NCBI RefSeq assembly: GCF_024223415.1 | Contig: NZ_CP100507.1 | Direction: 5' to 3' (one strand) | Origin: Escherichia coli | GTDB taxonomy: Bacteria; Pseudomonadota; Gammaproteobacteria; Enterobacterales; Enterobacteriaceae | Length of the DNA stretch: 4,051 nt | Shown here: one piece after another, positions 1 through 3,798 of the stretch | How positions within the stretch are numbered: the first letter of the stretch is position 1 | Layout of the letters: each line of letters opens with the position of its first letter | Translations under genes and position numbers: made by a program | The notes under the pieces: generated by a model | What the model was told of the DNA's origin: nothing | What the model saw: only the letters and a program-made list of their open reading frames with translations | Database searches by the model: none

Positions 1-887
1 GGGCGTTAAGTGGTCGCGATTATATATCTAATGCCGCTGTTCATACTAGGAAAAGAACAGTTATATGTCTTGATATCACCAATTTTTATCCCAGCATTAG
101 TAAAAAAGATGTTTGTTCTATTTTTAAAAATTTAATGCGTTTTTCTCCTGATGTTTCTTTATGCTTAACGGAACTTGTGACGTTGAATAATAAGGTCCCT
201 CAGGGTGGGTGCTGTTCTAGTTATATTGCAAATCTTTTATTTTTTAATAGTGAGTATAATCTCTATAATAGATTGAAGTCTATGGGGCTTTCATATTCAA
301 GGCTTTTAGATGATATTACTATATCTTCTGATAAGGATCTTTCATCAGAGGAAAAAACAAAAGTAATAAAACTCGTTCACGGAATGGTGAATCAGTACAG
401 ACTTTCAATAAATGAAAGTAAGACAACGATAGAGCACTCAAAAGATTCGTCTTCTAAACTTAGTGTCACTGGGTTGTGGGTAAAGCATGGTGTTCCTAAG
501 TTAACAAAAGAAAATAGACGTTATATCAGGTACTTAGTTTATATATGTAAAAAACAAGGTGCTTATGAACGTCATACGAAAGAGTACCATGATTTATGGA
601 ATAGATGCTCTGGCAAGGTTGCTCAAATGTCGAGGCTTGGGCATGTCCAGGCGGTTGAATTGAGGGCGATTCTTTCTGAGATAATGCCAGTTTATGATGA
701 TTACAAGATATCTAAATTAAAGTTGATGGCTAAGCACTATCTAAATAAGTTTACGCCGCCTTTAACTGATGATCAGATTAGGAAAATAGATAGGATGCTC
801 TATGATTTTGATATAGTAGGGCGGACTAATAAGAATCTTGCAAAACTATATAGACGTAAGCTCGTGGCATTACTTCCAGATAGGTGA
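1..887 (+). CDS. Retron-type reverse transcriptase, C-terminal 294 codons plus stop (5' part at 3799..4051; the two join in frame if the molecule is circular, giving about 379 aa)
   Basis: The frame of the 135..887 ORF has no stop back to base 3. Translation from base 3: ALSGRDYISNAAVHTRKRTVICLDITNFYPSISKKDV... Contains NAAVH (NAxxH, nt 30-44), LDITNFYPSI (RT motif 1/2, nt 69-98), VPQGG (nt 195-209), an xxDD box reading LLDD (nt 303-314) and SVTGL with the retron-associated VTG triplet (nt 465-473). Stop TGA at 885-887. Confidence 0.9.
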   Translation, partial: ALSGRDYISNAAVHTRKRTVICLDITNFYPSISKKDVCSIFKNLMRFSPDVSLCLTELVTLNNKVPQGGCCSSYIANLLFFNSEYNLYNRLKSMGLSYSRLLDDITISSDKDLSSEEKTKVIKLVHGMVNQYRLSINESKTTIEHSKDSSSKLSVTGLWVKHGVPKLTKENRRYIRYLVYICKKQGAYERHTKEYHDLWNRCSGKVAQMSRLGHVQAVELRAILSEIMPVYDDYKISKLKLMAKHYLNKFTPPLTDDQIRKIDRMLYDFDIVGRTNKNLAKLYRRKLVALLPDR

Positions 888-891
888 TTAT

Positions 892-1095
892 ATGGAAAAT
901 GGATTTGTTAATTTTTATGACCATGTTAAAGGGTATGGCTTTATAAGGCGTGAGCGTGGACGTGATGTTTTCTTTCGGTATGATGATTTTTTGTTTTTAG
1001 GGCATGATGTCGATATATGTAAAGGTATTTTAGTTAGGTTTAAATTAGAAAAAACAGATAAAGGGTTTAAAGCTGTAGCGATTCAAAAGGTATAA
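892..1095 (+). CDS. Cold-shock-domain (CspA-like OB-fold) protein, 67 aa; probable retron accessory/effector protein
   Basis: ATG at 892, 4 nt after the RT stop, preceded by AGGTGA (882-887) as Shine-Dalgarno. Translation MENGFVNFYDHVKGYGFIRRERGRDVFFRYDDFLFLGHDVDICKGILVRFKLEKTDKGFKAVAIQKV carries the two cold-shock RNP motifs (KGYGFI like KGFGFI; VFFRY like VFVHF). The track ORF begins at a TTG at 838 overlapping the RT; the ATG at 892 with its SD is preferred. Confidence 0.85.
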   Translation: MENGFVNFYDHVKGYGFIRRERGRDVFFRYDDFLFLGHDVDICKGILVRFKLEKTDKGFKAVAIQKV

Positions 1096-1134
1096 CATCG
1101 TGGATGTGTCAGCTTGTTTTTATGATATGAGAAC

Positions 1135-1163
1135 TTGAGATCCTTTCTATCTCGTCGTAATCT
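1135..1163 (+). promoter_or_regulatory. RNA II (replication primer) promoter: -35 TTGAGA (1135-1140), 17-bp spacer, -10 TAATCT (1158-1163)
   Basis: Same hexamers and spacing as the pBR322 RNA II promoter as recalled (TTGAGA ... CGTAATCT); predicted start about 1171-1172. Confidence 0.7.
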
Positions 1164-1176
1164 CTTGCTGTGTAAA

Positions 1177-1201
1177 CGAAAAAACCGCCTTGCAGGGCGG
1201 T
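1177..1201 (-). terminator. RNA I rho-independent terminator (stem 1184-1189/1196-1201, loop ttgcag, T-run on the minus strand over 1177-1183)
   Basis: accgcc / ggcggt 6-bp GC-rich stem flanked by an A-run on plus (U-run in RNA I); equivalent to the pBR322 RNA I terminator hairpin. Confidence 0.6.
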
Positions 1202-1278
1202 TTTTCGAAGGTTCTCAGAGCTACCAACTCTTTGAGCCGAGGTAACTGGCTTGGAGGAGCGCAGTCACCAAAACTTGT
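1178..1278 (-). ncRNA. RNA I antisense copy-number control RNA (about 100 nt)
   Basis: Minus-strand start near 1278 (ACAAGTTTTGG, compare pBR322 ACAGTATTTGG) and end at the hairpin plus T-run at 1177-1201; fully complementary to the 5' end of RNA II as in ColE1. Confidence 0.7.
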
Positions 1279-1284
1279 TCTTTC

Positions 1285-1314
1285 AGTTTAGCCTTAACAG
1301 GCGCATGACTTCAA
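1285..1314 (-). promoter_or_regulatory. RNA I promoter (minus strand): -35 TTGAAG (1309-1314), 18-bp spacer, -10 TAAACT (1285-1290)
   Basis: Read on the minus strand: agccTTGAAGtcatgcgcctgttaaggcTAAACTgaaagaACAAG. Position matches the pBR322 RNA I promoter (TTGAAG ... TACACT). Confidence 0.6.
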
Positions 1315-1932
1315 GGCTAACTCCTCTAATTCGGTTACCAGTGGCTGCTGCCAGTGGCGATAAGTCGTGTCTTCTCGGTTTGGATTCAAGTCGATAGTTA
1401 CCGGATAAGGCGCAGCGGTCGGACTGAACGGGGGGTTCGTGCATACAGTCCAGCTTGGAGCGAACGACCTACACCGGGCCGAGATACCAACAGCGTGAGC
1501 TATGAGAAAGCGCCACGTTTCCCGAAGGGAGAAAGGCGGACAGGTATCCGGTAAGCGGCAGGGTCGGAACAGGAGAGCGCACGAGGGAGCTTCCAGGGGG
1601 AAACGCCTGGTATCTTTATAGTCCTGTCGGGTTTCGCCACCTCTGACTTGAGCGTCGGTTTTTGTGATGCTCGTCAGGGGGGCGGAGCCTATGGAAAAAC
1701 GCCATCGGCGCGGCCTTTGTCCCTGGCTTCGGCTTTTTGCTCACATGTTCTTTCCGGCGTTATCCCCTGATTCTGTGGATAACCGTATTACCGCCTTTGA
1801 GTGAGCTGACACCGCTCGCCGCAGTCGAACGACCGAGCGTAGCGAGTCAGTGAGCGAGGAAGCGGAAGAGCGCCTTATGTGACATTTTCTCCTTACGCTC
1901 CTCTATGCCGTTCTGCATCCTGTCCGGATGCG

Positions 1933-2127
1933 TTATATCCCGGTGCGATTTTCCGCTTCAAAGCGTGTCTGTATGCTGTTCTGAAGTTCTTCCGCGAGTT
2001 CGTGCAGCTTCTCACACATGGCGGCCTGTTCGTCAGCATCAAGTGCGTCCAGTTTTTCGAGCAGCGTCAGGCTCTGGCTTTTTATGAATCCTGCCATGTT
2101 GAGTACGGTTTGCTGCTGCTTGTTCAT
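1933..2127 (-). CDS. rop: Rop/Rom (RNA one modulator) copy-number control protein, 64 aa
   Basis: Translation MNKQQQTVLNMAGFIKSQSLTLLEKLDALDADEQAAMCEKLHELAEELQNSIQTRFEAENRTGI resembles ColE1/pBR322 Rop (MTKQEKTALNMARFIRSQTLTLLEKLNELDADEQADICESLHDHADELYRSCLARFGDDGENL, from memory). ATG at 2127-2125, stop TAA at 1935-1933, GGAG about 11 nt upstream, convergent with RNA II as in ColE1. The C-terminal third is divergent. Confidence 0.9.
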   Translation of the reverse strand: MNKQQQTVLNMAGFIKSQSLTLLEKLDALDADEQAAMCEKLHELAEELQNSIQTRFEAENRTGI

Positions 2128-2168
2128 CTTTCTGTTTTCTCCGTTCTTTCTGTCATCTGCGTTGTGTG

Positions 2169-2174
2169 ATTATA
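2169..2174 (-). promoter_or_regulatory. Candidate -10 element (TATAAT on the minus strand) for rop
   Basis: Perfect TATAAT on the minus strand about 40 nt upstream of the rop ATG; no convincing -35 hexamer at 16-18 bp spacing, so weak. Confidence 0.25.
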
Positions 2175-2339
2175 TCGCGTACCACTTTTCGACTGTTTTA
2201 CCGTCGGTATTCTGCTGTCTGACTCTTTGACGGGCATTTCTGTCAGACAACACTGTCACTGCCAAAAAACTGCCGTGCCTTTGTCGGTAATTTGAGCTTG
2301 CTGACAGGACAGGATGTGCAATTGTTATACCGCGCATAC

Positions 2340-2386
2340 ATGCACGCTATTACAATTACCCTGGTCAGGGCTTTGCCCCGACACCC
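2340..2386. other. bom/oriT-like remnant (ColE1 basis-of-mobility-like sequence) immediately upstream of mobC
   Basis: ccctggtcagggctttgccccgacaccc (2359-2386) resembles the pBR322 bom flank gactgggtcatggctgcgccccgacaccc as I recall it; the recalled ColE1 nick sequence (TATACTGG/CTTA) is not found intact. Confidence 0.35.
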
Positions 2387-2410
2387 ATGTCAGATACGGA
2401 GCCATGTTTT

Positions 2411-2734
2411 ATGACAAAACGAAGTGGAAGTAATACGCGCAGGCGGGCTATCAGTCGCCCTGTTCGTCTGACGGCAGAAGAAGACCAGGAAATCAGAAAA
2501 AGGGCTGCTGAATGCGGCAAGACCGTTTCCGGTTTTTTACGGGCGGCAGCTCTCGGTAAGAAAGTTAACTCACTGACTGATGATCGGGTACTGAAAGAAG
2601 TTATGAGACTGGGGGCGTTACAGAAAAAACTCTTTATCGACGGCAAGCGTGTCGGGGACAGGGAGTATGCGGAGGTGCTGATCGCTATTACGGAGTATCA
2701 CCGTGCCCTGTTATCCAGGCTTATGGCAGATTAG
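2411..2734 (+). CDS. mobC: MobC/MbeC-family relaxosome accessory protein (ribbon-helix-helix), 107 aa; alternative start ATG 2387 (115 aa)
   Basis: Translation MTKRSGSNTRRRAISRPVRLTAEEDQEIRKRAAECGKTVSGFLRAAALGKK... has the MobC/RHH signature (basic N-terminus, beta-strand RPVRLT, helices AEEDQEIRKRAAECG and TVSGFLRAAALG). GGAG at 2398-2401 lies 9 nt before the ATG at 2411; the upstream ATG at 2387 has no SD. Stop TAG at 2732-2734. Confidence 0.8.
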   Translation: MTKRSGSNTRRRAISRPVRLTAEEDQEIRKRAAECGKTVSGFLRAAALGKKVNSLTDDRVLKEVMRLGALQKKLFIDGKRVGDREYAEVLIAITEYHRALLSRLMAD

Positions 2735-2810
2735 CTTCCAGGGGAGAAAACTGTCGAAAACAGACGGTATGAACACTGTAAGCTCCCAAAGTGATCACCA
2801 CTCGCTTTCA

Positions 2811-2824
2811 TGCATAGCTATGCA
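2811..2824. promoter_or_regulatory. ARG-box-like 14-bp perfect palindrome within the cer accessory region (candidate ArgR site)
   Basis: tgcatagctatgca is its own reverse complement; position relative to the XerCD core matches the ArgR box of cer. Identity as an ArgR site is inference. Confidence 0.35.
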
Positions 2825-2898
2825 GCGAGCTGAAAACGATCCTGACGCATTTCCCCGGTTTTCTTAGGGTAAAACATCTCTTTTTGCAGTGTCTGTGT

Positions 2899-2923
2899 CA
2901 GAATCGCGCTGAGCGCGATTCTG
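2899..2923. repeat. 11-bp perfect inverted repeat / hairpin (cagaatcgcgc tga gcgcgattctg) abutting the XerC arm
   Basis: Seen directly; no downstream U-tract, so not a classical terminator. May belong to a cer-internal transcript (Rcd-like) or an accessory-factor site. Confidence 0.5.
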
Positions 2924-2958
2924 TGGTGCGTACAATTAAGGGATTATGGTAAATACAA

Positions 2959-3225
2959 TTGGTTAAATTACTATTGGTGAGAAATGAATATTTCAATAAA
3001 AACAATGACTTAAAAACCGTTGCTCGGTTTGACGGTAAAACCTTAAGAGATGCCTTTTCGAGAAAAATAGCGACTTTTGATGGCAAGGTTTTAAGGGATG
3101 CCTCTTTAAAAAAAGTAGCAACCTTTGACGGTCAGAATTTAAGAGATGCTAGTTCAAAAATTATCCTGAGTGCCGATGCTGAGGTTGGGATTGTTGTTAT
3201 GGCCTTTGTAGCTGAGTTGATTTGA
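2959..3225 (+). CDS. Hypothetical small protein with three tandem 16-aa repeats and a hydrophobic C-terminus; non-ATG start (TTG 2959, or TTG 2974 / GTG 2977)
   Basis: Translation ...TVARFDGKTLRDAFSRK IATFDGKVLRDASLKK VATFDGQNLRDASSKI ILSADAEVGIVVMAFVAELI. Differences between repeat copies fall largely on synonymous third positions (Ala gct/gcg/gca; Asp gac/gat; Gly ggt/ggc; Arg aga/agg; Lys aaa/aag; Thr act/acc), a coding-type pattern. No in-frame ATG and no clear SD; in-frame stop at 2950-2952 limits the 5' end. Confidence 0.5.
   Translation: MVKLLLVRNEYFNKNNDLKTVARFDGKTLRDAFSRKIATFDGKVLRDASLKKVATFDGQNLRDASSKIILSADAEVGIVVMAFVAELI
3019..3162 (+). repeat. Tandem direct repeat, 3 x 48 bp (units 3019-3066, 3067-3114, 3115-3162)
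   Basis: Conserved cores tttgacggtaaaaccttaagagatgcc / tttgatggcaaggttttaagggatgcc / tttgacggtcagaatttaagagatgct at exact 48-bp spacing. Confidence 0.85.
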
Positions 3226-3282
3226 ATCTCATGCTGCATACCTTTTAGCCTATCGCTGGCAGGATAAGGCGCTTTCTTGTTG

Positions 3283-3310
3283 GTGACAGAAAGATAAAAA
3301 ACTTTATAAT
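3283..3310 (+). promoter_or_regulatory. Sigma70-like promoter facing the retron: -35 GTGACA (3283-3288), 16-bp spacer, -10 TATAAT (3305-3310)
   Basis: Perfect -10 consensus and 5/6 -35 at canonical spacing; predicted start about 3317. Lies about 190 nt upstream of a1, so it may drive the retron ncRNA-RT-csp transcript, but no nearer promoter could be identified by eye. Confidence 0.4.
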
Positions 3311-3507
3311 AATCAGCGAAGCGGGCGAACCACGCCTGGCTCTCGCTCTTTAACAAATGGTTACGTGTATGTTGCGCAAGGAAACCGATGCCTTGTTTTT
3401 AAGGCGATCTCGCATGAGATCATGACCGGCCTGGCCGCTAATTAATGGTGAGAACGCCCCTGAGCGTGTATCAGCACTAAAAGAATAGCGACGATTGTCT
3501 GGCAATG

Positions 3508-3520
3508 TGAGTTAAAAGTC
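3508..3520. repeat. Retron a1 inverted repeat (left arm)
   Basis: 13-bp perfect inverted repeat partner of 3780-3792; does not extend on either side. Confidence 0.6.
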
Positions 3521-3594
3521 CCAAAGAGCCAATAGAGTTTTTCCTTGCTTTCCTACTGGTCTGGCAAAATTTCATAACCAATAGGAGTTGCATC

Positions 3595-3777
3595 ATGTTT
3601 ATTATCAACATCAACATTAACGTAACCAAGAGCTCTTCATCTTGTTCTGGAGACGGTCAGATGAAGAAAAAAAGAGAGGTTGGCTCTCTGGAGGCACTGA
3701 AAAAAACACAGTTTTTGTTTTCTATGTGCTTGATTATGTTTAAAGTAATAGATTACGTATCGAAACTTTTTAACTAA
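3595..3777 (+). CDS. Hypothetical 60-aa ORF lying entirely inside the a1-a2 (msr-msd) region; possibly not translated
   Basis: ATG at 3595 preceded by AGGAG (3583-3587) at 7-nt spacing; stop TAA at 3775-3777. Protein MFIINININV... is low-complexity and Lys-rich. Position inside the putative retron ncRNA argues that it may be fortuitous. Confidence 0.2.
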   Translation: MFIINININVTKSSSSCSGDGQMKKKREVGSLEALKKTQFLFSMCLIMFKVIDYVSKLFN

Positions 3778-3779
3778 TC

Positions 3780-3792
3780 GACTTTTAACTCA
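3780..3792. repeat. Retron a2 inverted repeat (right arm), 6 nt upstream of the RT ATG
   Basis: Exact reverse complement of 3508-3520. Flanked by a near-direct repeat actttttaact (3765-3775) / acttttaact (3781-3790). Confidence 0.6.
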
Positions 3793-3798
3793 AACATC

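Larger units (their letters stand above)
1171..1725 (+). ncRNA. RNA II pre-primer transcript (approximate; 3' end / RNA-DNA switch near 1700-1730 by homology)
   Basis: Start inferred from the promoter. Length assumes a pBR322-like primer of about 550 nt; the region ggcggagcctatggaaaaacgccatcggcgcggcctttgtccctggc (1681-1727) corresponds to the pBR322 ori segment. End coordinate is approximate. Confidence 0.65.
1130..1876 (+). other. ColE1/pMB1-type origin of replication region (RNA II primer promoter, RNA I antisense region, ori and conserved downstream flank)
   Basis: Long stretches are near-identical to the pBR322/pUC origin as I remember it, for example ggttaccagtggctgctgccagtggcgataagtcgtgtct, ggataaggcgcagcggtcgg, gcttccagggggaaacgcctggtatctttatagtcctgtcgggtttcgccacctctgacttgagcgtcg, and tgagcgaggaagcggaagagcgcc at 1853-1876. 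Orientation places RNA II on the plus strand. Confidence 0.9.
2745..2954 (+). other. cer-type XerCD multimer-resolution site: accessory sequences (about 2745-2924) plus core (2925-2954)
   Basis: Core reads GGTGCGTACAA (XerC arm, 2925-2935) TTAAGGGA (central, 2936-2943) TTATGGTAAAT (XerD arm, 2944-2954), identical to the ColE1 cer core as I remember it. A 14-bp perfect palindrome tgcatagctatgca (2811-2824) lies about 100 bp upstream where the ArgR box of cer sits; accessory-region extent is approximate. Confidence 0.8.
3508..3792 (+). ncRNA. Putative retron msr-msd non-coding RNA region, bounded by inverted repeats a1 and a2
   Basis: Seen in sequence: 3508-3520 tgagttaaaagtc is the exact reverse complement of 3780-3792 gacttttaactca (13/13). 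The distal repeat ends 6 nt before the RT start codon at 3799, the canonical retron a1-msr-msd-a2-RT layout. Internal stem-loops are present (9-bp stem 3634-3642/3659-3667; 6-bp stem 3673-3678/3684-3689). Exact msr/msd boundaries and the branching G cannot be assigned by eye. Confidence 0.6.

Noticed and set aside
838-1095. Longer 85-codon version of the cold-shock ORF starting at TTG 838
   Set aside because: It overlaps the last 50 nt of the RT gene and has no SD; the ATG at 892 has a well-spaced AGGTGA and gives a canonical Csp-length protein.
1354-1554. 66-codon plus-strand ORF inside the replication origin
   Set aside because: Lies within the highly conserved RNA II / ori sequence, which is non-coding in ColE1 plasmids.
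1915-1931. Hairpin gcatcc-tgtcc-ggatgc just downstream of rop as a rop terminator
   Set aside because: 6-bp stem but no U-tract on the minus strand after it; insufficient for an intrinsic terminator call.
1879-2230. Three overlapping plus-strand ORFs (1879-2169, 1905-2087, 2018-2230)
   Set aside because: All are antisense to rop, whose product has clear similarity to Rop/Rom; none has a recognisable product or SD.
2365-2646. 93-codon minus-strand ORF
   Set aside because: Antisense to the MobC-family gene, which has a recognisable RHH signature; no independent support.
2898-3086. 62-codon minus-strand ORF across the cer core and the first repeat unit
   Set aside because: Overlaps the XerCD core and is antisense to the repeat ORF whose frame shows the synonymous-substitution pattern.
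3019-3162. Interpretation of the 3 x 48-bp repeats as plasmid iterons or a DNA-level regulatory array
   Set aside because: Replication here is ColE1-type (RNA-primed, no Rep protein), and divergence between copies is concentrated at synonymous codon positions in one frame, which fits coding better than a DNA-binding array. Not fully excluded.
3132-3356. 74-codon minus-strand ORF
   Set aside because: Overlaps the 3' end of the repeat ORF and the predicted promoter; low-complexity product, no SD, no recognisable domain.
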